Shown here one piece after another: positions 13,256 through 27,155 of a DNA stretch of 64,000 nt; the first letter of the stretch is position 1, and each line of letters begins with the position of its first letter. The DNA comes from Eledone cirrhosa (lineage: Eukaryota). A model generated the notes under the pieces. The model worked only from the letters and a program-made list of their open reading frames with translations. It was not told where the DNA came from and did not search any database. A program made the position numbers and the translations under genes. Location: NCBI GenBank assembly GCA_964016885.1, contig OZ024758.1, positions 14,632,001 to 14,696,000 on the forward strand, given 5' to 3'.

Positions 13256-13734
13256 AAAAGTTTGGTAGAAATATCCAAGGGTAAGAGTACTCAGTCCATA
13301 GAACGAGTGTAGTATAAATAATTATATATATTTCATCATCATCATCATTTTATGTCCGCTTTTCCCTGCTTGCAAGGGTGGGACGGGAGCTGATTCTGGC
13401 TTGATTTCTACAGCTGGATGCCCTTCCTAACACCAACCTCATTTACAGTGAGTGCTAGGTGCTTTTTTGCCGTGGCACCTCCACAACCACTTTGCAGTGG
13501 AATGATAGGGACCCCAGTCCCTATCATCTCATTTCTACAGCTGAGTAAACTGGAGCAATGTGAAATAAAGTGTCTTGCTCAAGGAAACAACACATCACCC
13601 AGTCTGAGAATTGAACTCACAACCTTTCGATTGCAAGGCCAATGCTCTAACCACTAAGCCATGTGCCTCCATAGTATATTTATATGTATATATCCGTATC
13701 TATCCTTTGAGACCCTGTCTCTATCTTTGTACAG

Positions 13735-13780
13735 CTGAAGCAGGGCTTCAACAGCATTCTAATAGATATTACCTGTACAG
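13735..13780 (+). CDS. Candidate 46-nt exon (possible divergent DOK7 exon 2)
   Basis: ctctatctttgtacag|CTG...ACAG|gtaatc; 46 nt, phase 0-1, reads LKQGFNSILIDITCT and joins exon 29089 to give D. Length and phase equal recalled human exon 2, but the sequence does not resemble WKSRWLVLRKPSPVA. Confidence 0.3.
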
Positions 13781-14666
13781 GTAATCTAAGAGTTTCTTCA
13801 ACATATGATCATAAGGTCATGGCTTTGATTTCTGGACAGAGTGACATGTTTGTGATCTTGAGCAAGATACTTCATTTCACATTGCTTAGGTAGGGGAAAG
13901 TGGTGCAGTACTTACCAAACAGTGTTCTGTGAGATGTAGCTTGATGCATGGCAAAAATAATGGTTTCTGATTTGGGCACAAGGCCAACAATTTTCAGGGA
14001 GGGGAAAGTCAACTAAATTGATCCTAGTGTGTTAGGCAAAGCTAACCTTGGCGGGATTTGAACTCAGAGAACATAAAGGGCCGTAACTATATGCTGCATA
14101 TCATGTTGGCCGGCGCTCTACTGAAACTGCATAATAAAATTACATTTTAACCGTTTCATTACTATATTGGTATTTCAAATAAAAATATCTTTGAACACTG
14201 ATCAACATATAGGAGGGATTAGTAATAGAACTTTCTCATTAAGCTGGTGTTTGGAGCATAACTTATCTATGTTTCTTAGATAAAATTATGATGGAAGGTT
14301 TTCAGATAAATACAACCACTTCAAAGTAAACAACATTCTCTCGTCGTACCAAGGGCGTATTCCTAATAAAGTCTTCATAACTTTACTGTATATATTGAAT
14401 CAAGAAATAAGTAGAAAATATTTTACTGTACTTTAAATTTTTATATAGGAAAGGAGACCAGCCAAGCCCATGGATGTTATCCAACCATCTTGCTCAGGGT
14501 CTACCCTTGGGTCTCCTGTAAAATCTTGCCTGTAAAATCTGTCCAGCGACTCTTTCCCGAGACATTCTAACCATATACCCATTATATCAGAGCTGTAATC
14601 TCTCAGTTCAGAGAAGTTTGTGGAAACTTACTTTAGTTAATCTATATTCTGAGGTATATGTGTTGA

Positions 14667-14711
<45 letters not shown>

Positions 14712-16218
14712 TAGGGTGACTTTGGACATCCTGCAGGACTAAAAACAAAACCTGTCAAAGGGCAAAGGAGCTCTTAAGAGTCAATGGCCATCCAAAATCA
14801 CCGGGAGAGATGACCCCCTTAGCCTTTGTCAAGGCAGAATTCTAGGAGAAGGAAAACTCTGATATCACACCTGCAACCCTGATGATATCCAATGATGTTG
14901 ACTTGTTCTTCTTTTTGGTAAATATCATCTTGGTTAAGAGAGTGAGACTGGCTTTGTGCAGTGCCTTTGCTCACTATAAAAACTTCACGGCACAGGCATT
15001 GCTTTATATCTGGAGATCTCTCTGCACTTGTCGTCACATGGTACCATGGGCCCAGCACTATGTGTCAATAATTGTCACATGTGTAGTGTTTGTACCAAAG
15101 TTTTCAAGTCGCTGGCCGGACTGAAAAGTCACACTCGTTCAGCGCATCGGTAGGGGTCCTCCTACATGGATATAAAGTAGTGGCCGTACTCGAAAACGAG
15201 TTGGCAGCCACCATATATATATATATATATATATATATATGGATATATCATCATCATCATTATCTTCGTTTAATGTCCATTTTCCACGCTAGCATGGATT
15301 AGACGATGTATATAAATAATATCTGTGTGTGTATATATACACACAAAGCAGGCAAAAAATGTCTTCTACTGTAGCTACAGGTTCACCAATGTTTTGTGAG
15401 TGTAAACTGACGGGGTTCAATTGTATCTGTTTTTTGTTAAAAAGTAATTTAGTCATTTGTTAAATAGATTGGGGCTGATATGATTAACTTAATCCTATAA
15501 TATTTACATTACTCTATATTTACTATTGTCTTTTCATGGTAAAGGCTTTATCTCACTTATATCTAATCTACAAGCGTTTGATATTTAATTTGAGAACAAT
15601 ACCTTAACATTGGTATGAATGTCCAGTTACAGACGGTTTGAACAGAAAGAGGTGAGAGATTTCTGGTCGGATACGGTCGATTTAAATGTGCTGCTACAGC
15701 ATGGTCACATTCCATTGAGTGTGACTAGTAAAAGAATAAAGGCATACCATCTATCTATCTATTTATCCTGCATTTTTTCATATCATCATCATCATCATCA
15801 TTTTACGCCCGCCTTTCCCTGCTTGCAAGGGTGGGACGGGAACAGATTCTGGCTTGATTTCTACAGCTGGATGCCCTTCCTAACACCAACCTCATTTACA
15901 GTGAGTGCTGGGTGCTTTTTTGCCGTGGCACCTTCACGACCACTTTACAGTGGAATGATAGGGACCACAGTCCTATCATCTCATTTCTACAGCTGAGTAA
16001 ACTGGAGCAATGTGAAATAAAGTGTCTTGGTCAAGGGAACAACACATCACACAGTCTGAGAATTGAACTCACAACCTTTCAATTGCAAGGCCAATGCTCT
16101 AAACACTAAGCCGTGTACCTCCATATATATGTATATATATCTCTGTGTGTGTGTATACCAGGTTTAATCGGGAGTAACCACAGTAAATAAGGTACTCAAT
16201 ACATAGTAGAGAATATAC

Positions 16219-16355
16219 AAGATTTAAGATAGAAATGGCTTCTACAGAACTAAAACTGTTTCATTTGAAGGAAATCATCAGGAAAGCCCCTGATGATTTT
16301 CTTCAAATGAAACATTAGTTCTAGTCCTGTAGAAGCTATTTCTATATTAAATCTT
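16219..16355. repeat. Fold-back (inverted-repeat) element beside (TA)n, possibly Penelope-derived
   Basis: aagatttaagatagaaatggcttctacagaact...gtttcatttgaaggaaatcatcagg mirrored by cctgatgattttcttcaaatgaaac...ctgtagaagctatttctatattaaatctt; partial relative at 19770-19855. Confidence 0.75.
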
Positions 16356-17717
16356 ATATATATATATATATATATATATATTGGTGGAGGGGACACATGT
16401 GTAATATAATCTGAGTTTGAGTTAAATTTCTTAGACCATCTTGTGTATATTGACATATTACCCCACCACCACCACCTACCCACACTCTACACCCAACCCC
16501 ACACTGACACTCAGGTTCATTTAGTAGTTTGTTGTTCCAGTAACTTTAGATATCGGTAAAAACAAACAATAAAGATACTTCTACATATGTAGCCTAGCTT
16601 CCTGATATATTAACCCAATCTTCCTTCGTTGAAATCCCTAGAATCTTTGGTGCTTTAACCTTTTTAATACCAAACTGCCCTAACCCTTTAGCATTTAAAC
16701 CGGCCGTATCTGACCAGAATTCTCTCACCTCTTTCTGTTCAAACCAGCCATAATTGACCATCATACTGATGTTAAGGTATTGTTCTCAAAATAAATATCA
16801 AAATCTCATAGATTCGATATTATGTGAGATAATTAGATGAGGTAAAGTCTTTACCATGAAAATATAATAGTAAATATTGAGTAATGTAAATGCTAAAGGG
16901 TTAAACTGGTTTCGTTTTATGATACCAAAAAATATAACAAAAAAACTCCCTATTTTAAAATGTTCAAATTTATATTAAAACCTTCCATTAAACTTTTTTA
17001 AAAGAAATTTTTGTTCAGCAATGTTTGAAACACCAGCTTGATAATGAAAAGGTTAATTCTTTGAAGTATATGTATAATGTAGGATAAAGGATAAAGATCC
17101 TGTAACTCCTCATTGAGTGGTAGGGCACTTTTAAACCTGGCGAAGCCCAACTCTCTCCAGGTCTGAACACAGCCGATTTTTTCTATAGAGGAAGAATTGA
17201 CCCCAGTACTGGACTGGTACTTTCGTATAATGTACTAAGTGTTTAATACAACAGTCCAACCCATGCTAGCATAGGAAATAGATGTAAAATAATGATGTTG
17301 ACAATGAATAGTCCTTAACATTCAGACAAGATAATCTTTGTCAAAAGCTCATTGAATAATATGGTTTATTTTAACCCTGACTAGCTTAAAGATGTTAGTC
17401 AGTTTCACTAATAACTTTTTAATTGAAACCATTAATAAGCCAAGAATATATGAGGTTAATTAGTCTGTATCACATCTGGCATACAGAGTTGGTGAAGTCC
17501 AAATTGGTTGCTCTCGTGTCTTAGATACAAGAGGAAATGGTAAATAATGGTTTCTAACTTAGGCACAAGGCCAGCAATTTAAATGGAAGGGGAAGTCAAT
17601 TACATTGACTCCAGTGCATTACAGGTACTTTATCAACCCCATAAGGATAAAAGGTAAAGCTAACCTAGGTAGGATTTGAACCCAGAATGTAAAAAGCCGT
17701 ATCTCTATGCTGTAAAG

Positions 17718-17948
17718 CAGGCATATCAAACATGCGGCCCTTTACAAGGACACCTGCGGCCCGCACAAAAGTTTTTATAGCACGAGCATGTTTTATCTTC
17801 GTAATATAAGATTAAAAAATGTATTGTAATGTGCGCAATTAGTTGTCGTATGTGGCCCTCAGACAACACATATCTGACCCATGTGGCCCTCAGACAACAC
17901 ATATGTGACCCACGTGGCCCTCGAGGAACCCTCAGTTTAACATGCCAG
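17718..17948. mobile_element. hAT (Charlie-like) MITE with perfect 8-bp TSD, inserted in a SINE-1 copy
   Basis: ctgtaaag|caggcatatcaaac...gtttaacatgccag|ctgtaaag; internal tggccc repeats. Confidence 0.88.
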
Positions 17949-19480
17949 CTGTAAAGCATCTTGTTCAACGTTGTACTGACACTGCCAACCCACCAGCCCC
18001 AGGAAATTATAAATAATTGTTTCCACTTTTGGCACAAGGCCAGCAATCAATTATCCCAGTGTATTACTGGTACTTTTATTTTATCGACCCCGTAAGGATG
18101 AAAGGCAAAGTTAACCTCGGCGGGATTTGAACTCAGAATGGAAAGAGCCGTAACTCTATGCGTCAAAGCATGGCGTCCGACCCTCTACCGATACTGCCAA
18201 TCCACAATGATTTCTATTATAGGCTCAAGGCCAGCAATTTGGAGGGGTGGGAAGAAAGTCAATCAAATCAACCCCAGTGGGAGACTGGTACTTTATTTCA
18301 TCAACCCCTGTAAGGATGAAAGACAAAGTTAACCTAGGTGGGATTTGAACCCAGAACGTACAGGGCAATAACTCTATGCTGCAAAGTATGGTGTCTGACA
18401 CTTTACCAATACTGCCAGTCTGACACTTTACCAATACTGCCAGTCTGACGCTTTACCAATACCCACAGGAAATTATTAATAATAAAAGCAAATGTTTTCC
18501 TGATGTAATTAGGTCAGTAGTGACAAGCCTGAAAGGTTATATATTTCAGGCAGCCCATAAATATAGAAGGATATATGAACCCTTTGGAGACCATATTTCT
18601 AATGTTGTTGGTGTTGTTGTTACAGCTCCCACCTATGTAGGTTAAGCAGCTTCCTTATGAGGTTACATCTCAGAAAGTTTCTTCTGTGTTTTAACCTTTT
18701 ACCATTTACATTACTCTATATATACTATTGTATTTTCACAGTAAAAGCTTTATCTCACATAATATCGAATCTATGAGATTTCGATATTATTTATTTTGAG
18801 AACAATACCCCAACATCACTATAAGTGGCTGGTTATGGCCAGTTTGGACAGAAAGAGGTGAGAGAATTTTGGCCGGATACGGCCGGTTTAAATGATAAAG
18901 GGTTACTGTGCCCCAGTCCTATCATATTTCTAATGAAGGACTGTCTATGATTTTTAAATCATTTTGAAAATCATCAAGAATTTGGAGTGATTTAGTAACA
19001 CAACTTTCTCATTGTGTTTGAAATATAAATTATCAAAGGTTGTTACATAAAATTATGACAGAAGGCTTTTATAAAATTATGTTTATATATATATATATAT
19101 ATACACATGAAATTCTGCAGTACCAAGGTGCCCCATCTAGGGAGTTGCTAATCTGAGGATTCTTTACGGACATGTAACCCTCCCATTTTATTTTTATTTT
19201 TATTTTTATTTTTATTTCTGCTTTAAATATAGTAATAATCTCATAATCTCTCCCCAAGTTCCGAAGATCTGCTCCATAATATTATTCTATGTTACTTATA
19301 TTTCTCTGCACCAAATCAATAACTTTCTTACCATTGATTGATCCAGAAACATTATATGGAGTAATGAAACAATTGTAAACTGACATTACTATCCCCTTTC
19401 TATATTAAACTGCACTTAATGTTGATACTGTGTGACTAATGTCTTCTATGTGAATTTGTGGTCATGATTTGCTTAACTAC

Positions 19481-19515
<35 letters not shown>

Positions 19516-19621
19516 TAAAATAACAGATTAAATATTTGCTCTACGGTTCTTATATATTTGATATATATTTATCCTTATCGAGCCCTCTTTGGATTTTAGT
19601 CTTCAAATTTATTATTATTAC

Positions 19622-19751
<130 letters not shown>

Positions 19752-21509
19752 CATATGTGTGTGCATCACAGGTTCAGCCACAGTAAGTAAGGTACTCAAT
19801 ACATAGTAGTTCTAATGAAACAGTTCTAGTTCTGTAGAAGCCATTTCTATATTAATTAAATATAAATATAAATATTGTAGTGTGTGTATATATATATGTG
19901 TGTGTGTGTGTGTATACACATACATAATTTTATGTAGAAATTTTATAAAGACCAGCTTTATAATGAGAAAGTTAAGTTTTATTATTATATCTTTCGAAAT
20001 TATTGATTATTTCAATCACTCAAAACTGACCATTTATTTTAAAACACACACACACACACACACACACACGTGTGTGTATGTGGTTTAAAATAAACCGGCA
20101 GTTTAGTATCAAAAGAGTTAAATCAATATGGCTGCAACTTCCATTGTACTCATCTGTGATGCTAGAAACTAAACACTATTAATATAGAAGCTGTAGGTTT
20201 TTAGCATCAAATTGTGCCACTCCTCGTTCTAGGAATCAATGAATCAACCATTAACTGCCCCAATACCATCCAGTGTTAGTCTTTCAACAAATTGTAAGCA
20301 ATGAGCTGTATGTAGTAAGATTCTGTTACACTTAGTCATTCTCACACCATTTCCGGAACTATAATACTTATTCGTCTTATCACATCAAATTGAACAGTTT
20401 CTAATAAAGGAACTCTTGTATTCTAGCAACTTTAGTCAGAATTATTTTTTTCCACATTTGAAAATGCTCTTTGAGACATAGAATACATTTTACATATGTT
20501 TATGTTTATATTTATATTTATGTCTGGTGAAGAGAGAATGCCAAGCTGTTTGTATCTCTGATTTCCTTGAATAACTTGAGAGTTTTTTGCTGTTGTTTTT
20601 TTTAATATATTTTATCAACAAAAATTATTTATTTTTCATCACTGTTAGTCTAAATTTGGTGTATAGCCTGGTGCCTTAAAGTTCAGCAAATGTTAACTCT
20701 TTGTTGGCAAATTCTGAAAGATAATTTCCTTTCTTCTCTTTACTATTCAAAATAACATTACTAATTTACCAGTATCCATTAAGTCTGCTCTAACAAAACT
20801 AACTTGTTCTACAACAACCAATTTCTCATTGGACGTCATCATCATTGTCTAATGTCCATTTTCCATGCTGGCATGGCTTAGAAGAGTTATCCTTTTGTGA
20901 ACAATGCTAGGTAAAGTGACCATGTCTTGCTCGTACAGAACCAATTTCTGGCTTGGTTTCTACAGCTGGATGCCCTTCCCAGCGCCAACCTCATTTACAG
21001 TGAGTACTGGGTGCTTTTTGTCATGACACCTACACGACCACTTTACAGTGTGGACTGGGTGCTTTTTGTCATAACTAGCCACTCATACTGATGTTAAGGT
21101 ATTGTTCTCAAAATAAATATCAAAATCTCATAGATTCTATATAATGTAAGATAATTATGTGAGGTAAAGACTTTACCACAAAAGTATAATAGTATATATG
21201 GAGTAATGTAAATGCTAACAGGTTAGAATGGGTAGTTTTGTTTCGTAGAACCAGAACCAGTTGTGTTCAGGCTGGTAACAAAAGAGTTAACAGCAGAAAG
21301 CAATAAACTACTAGGAGGAAGTTATAAATGATAAAGGTTTTCTATGAGGAAATGTTTTCTTGGAGTAATTAGGGCAATATTGACAAGGTTAAAGGTCATA
21401 TATTTAGGGCAGCCCATAAATATAGGTTTCATTAAACAATCAAAATATGACTAGATTATTGCCTGGAGCATAAAGACCAACTAGATGCTGGGAAAATGTT
21501 TTCTACTAT

Positions 21510-21602
<93 letters not shown>

Positions 21603-22371
21603 ATGTATGCATATGTGGCATATATATATATGTGTGTGTATATATATGTGTATGTATATATGGCATATATATATATAAATACACACACACATATATATAT
21701 ATAGATATATATATATATATATATAGGTAAACAATAAAAGTTAAAAAAACACAGAGAAATGTTTGAAGATAATGTTTTTCTTTAATCCAACAGTCAATAT
21801 TTTTATAATTGCTACATTAAATGGATTTAAATTATGAAATTGTTTTGATTGGTATATCAATCAATCTTACCAAATATTAAAAATGGTTTGTTCTCATATT
21901 CTGTGGTTTGCACTGGCCCTGATAAAGAATTTTGTTTTAGCCATATCCCTCTCCCCCCAAGGGTGAAGACCCCCTTCAACCCAATCAGACCTACAGCCAA
22001 CCACTGAAATAAACCATCAGCTCTGATAAACCCAAACAAATTAATGACATGAAGTTGTGTGCTCAGCTAATATAAAGAGTAACGACCCCCTTTGGTTACG
22101 AATGACCATGGGATTTGCACCTAGAAAGTTGTCCTCTGGGCACAAGTCCAGGCAAGGTAGTTTGTGGAAGACCAGTAGTCACCCATGCATACCAGTCTCC
22201 CTTCTCCACGCCACCAATGTCCTGCCACCAGCTTGACACCTGTGATGTTGCAAGCCATTTTTAAAACTGAGTGAACTGGAGCAACGTGAAATAAAGTGTC
22301 TTGCTCAAGAACACAACGCAAAGCCTGGCCCGAGAATCAAACTGACAACCTCACAATTGTTATCCCGACAC

Positions 22372-22523
22372 TCTAACCATTAAGCCATGCACCTTTGCCC
22401 TAACCACTAAGCCATGCACCTTTGCCCTAACCACTAAGCCATGCACCTTTGCCCTAACCATTAAGCCATGCACCTTTGCCCTAACCACTAAGCCATGCAC
22501 CTTTGCCCTAACCACTAAGCCAT
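22372..22523. repeat. 27-bp tandem repeat (~5.5 copies) at the head of a minus-strand tRNA-derived SINE (~22080-22392)
   Basis: Unit taagccatgcacctttgccctaaccac; the reverse complement contains tggcttagtggttag. Confidence 0.9.
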
Positions 22524-23772
22524 ACACTCTGCTCTAAGATAACTTCAATTATAAAGTAGGATCTGGCTTGCTAATCTATTTAATTAATTACTCCTTATTC
22601 TCATTAATATTTAGCAAATGCTGCTACATTTTGTTGTAATAAGGTCTTACACTAAGTTGTTGTATATAGTGTTTTCTTCTTTTGTTAGTTTGAAAGTTCA
22701 ATGTCCTTGTGAAAGTAAACATTCTAAACTGTTAACTTAAAATTACAGATGTTTTCAAATATAGTCTCTCCTCTCTAGTAAAACCATGTGAATGTCCCCA
22801 AAGAATTATAAAAAATCACACACACATGCATTCATACATACACACACATACATACATACATACATAAATATATATATATATACACACGCACGCACACACA
22901 CACATATATATATACATACATTACATGCATACCTATATACACACACACATACATACGCGCATATATATGCACACACGCATATATGCATACACACATATAT
23001 GCATACACGCACACATACATACATACATACACACATATACATACATACAAATAGATGTTAAGAAAACTGTTTTATCTATCTTAAACACTAATATTTTTTA
23101 TAGAATCTTTTTGATTTGGTTGGAATGCAGTTGAAGTGGTTAACTCTTTTGATATTAAACTGCCTGAAACTATCCTTGGTTTTAATGTTTAGATTTATCT
23201 AAAATATATCCATCATAATTTAACCCTCTAGCATTTACATTTCTATTTTCATGAGAAAGGGTTTACCTCACATAATTATTTCACATGATATCGAATCTAT
23301 GAGATTTTGATATTATTTATTTTGAGAACAATACCATAACATCAGTATGAGTGGCCGGTTACAGCCAGTTTGAACAAAAAGAGGTGAGAGGATTCTGGCC
23401 AGATACAATTGGTTTAAATGTTAAAGGGTTAATCATAAGTAAGTTGGTTATTTTACTAAATCCCTCCAAATTCTTGATTTTCAAAATTATTTGAAAATCA
23501 TAGACAATGTCATTCATTAGGAATATGGTTGCAACAAAGTAAAATATTATGCTTTTTTTTAAATAAAATATTTCAAATTAGTTGCAGTGCAGTTGAAATG
23601 ATTAACTCTTCTGAAACTAACCCAGCCAAAATGATCTCTGGTTCTATAAAACAAAACCACCTATTTTTAAGGTTTAACTATTTAAATTTAAATTTTCCCA
23701 CATAGATTTATATAAGAACCATATGTTAAGTTACTATCTTAGTAATGAAATGATTAATGATTTTAGTAAATC

Positions 23773-23895
23773 TAGTGTTGGATTTAACATTGTGCCTAGG
23801 TGTGCTTAAGCACAGGGGCATATCTCCTTCAGGGCCCAAGTAAGGGGCCTCATAACTTAACTAGCACGGCCTCATTTGTCCCAAATCTGGCACTG
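23773..23895. mobile_element. Short hAT-type MITE with 8-bp TSD, inserted in a MITE-B copy
   Basis: agtaaatc|tagtgttggattt...aaatctggcactg|agtaaatc. Confidence 0.82.
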
Positions 23896-26800
23896 AGTAA
23901 ATCCCTGCATATTTTTCATTAATTAATTAAAATAGACTGTATTTCATCAGAAATACAGTCACTTTGGGAGACTGCTTTTTGTGAAATTCAAGGATTTATC
24001 AGGCAAATTACATAACATTTTCAAAACTGCATAATTTATTATCTTGCCATTGCCATACATTCCGCCAAACACCTTCCTGTCCATCTCCTTTTCTGCTGTC
24101 CCCTGGCCCTTTCCCCCTGCATTTGTCTTTCAAGAATGTGGGTAGTCAAATTTTGGACCCTGATGACATATGGTCTACCTGTGTTGTACAAATGTGTGTT
24201 ATTTAATTGTAATTAAAAGATCTCTATCAACTTTTGATACCAAACCACCTGAAACTTCTCCTGGTTCTATGATACTAATCTGTTTATTTTGAAGTGTCTA
24301 TATTTATCTAAAAAAAGCCTTCCAAATTATTTTTATGTAAGAAGTTTTGTTAAGCAATGTTCTAAATACCAGATTGATAATAAGAATATTAGTCTAAATT
24401 CTTGATTTCAAAGTGATTTGAAAACCATAGAGAGTGCCTTGAAAGGGTTAACCATTTTTTTACCATCCCAGTCAAAACCGGCTCTGGTTCTATAAAATAA
24501 AGCCATCCATTTTATATTATATATAAATCGAGAGTCGATCGACAAGAACCCAGACCTCATTCGCTTAATGAGTGGGGTGAGCTCATCATATCGGACCAAG
24601 GAAACAATGTTTCCATTGGTCTTTCTAATTACTTATACTATCTGTTGGTCGCAATTCCAGACAGAAGGAGCAAATGAAATAAAGTGTCTTGCTCAAGAAC
24701 ATAACGCATCAGCCGGCCAGGGAATCGAAATCACAACCTCGCGATTGTGAATCCAATTCTCTAACCACTCAGCCACACACCTTCACATGTATATATAAAT
24801 ATATTCTGAAAAATCAAGAAACGAGAAGAAAATAGTGCTAGTTCAGTATTGTTGGGAGAGTATAGTGATCCCATATATATCTAGTTATATTTCTAAAGTA
24901 AACTTTTTTTAAAAGATATATACATTAAAGTTAGAGTGAAAGATAAGAGTTTTAAATGTTATTAACTTCCAAGATAACATTTTGACTTTGTGCTGAATTT
25001 TTTGAATTCCCTAAATCCACACTGATAAACCAAAACTTGTTTGTCTTACAAAACACAACCACCACTTAAAAAAAAAAAAAAGGTTTAGTCTAATTGAACT
25101 TAGAAGTTGACTAAAACAAATTTCTGCTTAAATAATTATTGTAACTTTAATTAAAAATGTTCTTAGTAGCTTAGAATTATATATTGGTAATTACAATAAA
25201 ACAAACAACAAAAAAAAACAAACAAACACAGATTAATTTTTAAATTAATTGTTTTTCTCTGTAAAATATCTTGATAATTACAAATCAAATTTTTATAACT
25301 TTTTTTTATAAAATAACAATACAAAATAATTATTTTTAAATAATGTGACTTGAGATCTTTATCAATGAGAAAATTACAATGGTAGACTTGTTGGTCACAT
25401 TTTATTTTAGTTAATGGTTTTGTCTCTAAATTTAGAGGTTAACCCTTTAATTATTATATTTTTAGAAGGCAAGTACATTGGCAGTATCAGGAGAGCTTCG
25501 GGCAACATGCTTTATGGCATATAGTTACGGCCCTTTACCTTCTGAATTTATATCTTGCTAAGGTTAGCTTTGCCTTTCATCCTTACGAGGCCGACAAAAT
25601 AAAGTACCAGTAATGCACTGGGGTCGATTTAATCGATGCCCCCCCCCCCCTCCGCTTCATAATTGTGGGCCTTGTGCCTAAATCAGAAACCATTAGTGGA
25701 TTGGCAATATCGGTAGAGGGTCAGACGCCATGCTTTCCAGCATAGTTACGTCCCTTTGCGGACTGAGTTCAAATCCCGCCGAGGTTAACTTTGCCTTTCA
25801 TCCGTACGGGGTCGATAAAATAAAGTACCAGTAATGTACTGGGTAATTGCTGGCCTTGTGCCAATAGTAGAAACAATTATTATATTTTTATAAGGCATTA
25901 TCGGTAGAGCATCAGACAATATGCATTACGGCATATAGTTACAGCCCTTTGTGTACTGAATTCAAATCTCGCTGAGGGTAGCTTTGCCTTTCATCCTTAC
26001 GAGGCAGTATCGGGGGATTGGCATAGAGTTACCGCCCTTTACGATCTGAGTTCAAATCCTGCTGAGGTTAGCTTTACCTTTCATCTTTACAGGGTCGATA
26101 AAATAATAAAGTACCAGAAATATAGTGGGGTTGATTTAATCAACTTTCCTCTTCCCAAAAAATTGTTGGCCTTGTGCCTAAATCAGAAACCAAACTAAAT
26201 TTACTAAAACCTTACTGCTGCTGTCGGAAAGCCTCTACAAACCATGTTCAATTATTCTATTTATATATATATATATTTATTTCTATGGTTTAGAAGGAAG
26301 TGGAAGTACTCATGATCTTGAAAGACTCTTTGAGGATGAAGAGATTGATACAGTTAATGTTCAGTTTGAACATCTGTAAATCAACATCTGCATGAAATAT
26401 CTAGCCAGGAAGGGAGTTCCTGCTGGTTGAATTTTGGTGTCTTATGTTAAGGGTAGGGATTAGTACAGGCTCTGGGAGTTAATAACTAAAATATAAGTCC
26501 AAGTTAATGGATTGGTGGATTTGATAGAGTATTAACCCTTTAGCATTTAAACCAGCCGTATCCAACCAGAATTCTCTCACCTCTTTCTGTTCAAACCGGC
26601 TCTAACTACTAGCCACTCATACTGATGTTAAGGTATTTTTCTCAAAATAAATAATATCAAAATCTCATAGATTCAATATTATGTGAGGTAAAGCTTTTAC
26701 CATGAAAATACAATAGTAAATATAGAGAAATGTAAATGCTAGAGGGTTAAGACAGTAGGTTGTTATATCAAGGAGATTTGGCTGCTGTTTCTTGCAACCA

Positions 26801-27155
26801 CAAAGAGGCTTCCTCACTTGCTCACTTTATTCTGGTATAGCAACAAGAAGGGTATCATCCCTTTCTAAAAATATCTGTTTAACAAGTCATGCTTATATTT
26901 TCATTTGCCAAAATATCCCTGCTATGCCTGTATGTATGGAGGGGAAAAACATCTAAAACTAAAATAAATGAATAAATATGAAAATCCATCTGAGATATTT
27001 TGGCAATTAAATTAGTTCAGATAAGCCAGTAAATTAAGTTAGTATAGCATTCCACATTTAATCATCAAGTCATGGGATGCACTGCTATCTAGATAATGTA
27101 TGCACAATTTCAATAAAATATGCAGCCATGTTGAAGTGGATAAATATTAACCCTT

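Noticed and set aside
26294-26379. Exon-like stretch (E)GSGSTHDLERLFEDEEIDTVNVQFEHL* after tttag
   Set aside because: Could be a phase-1 terminal exon, but there is no homology or other support.
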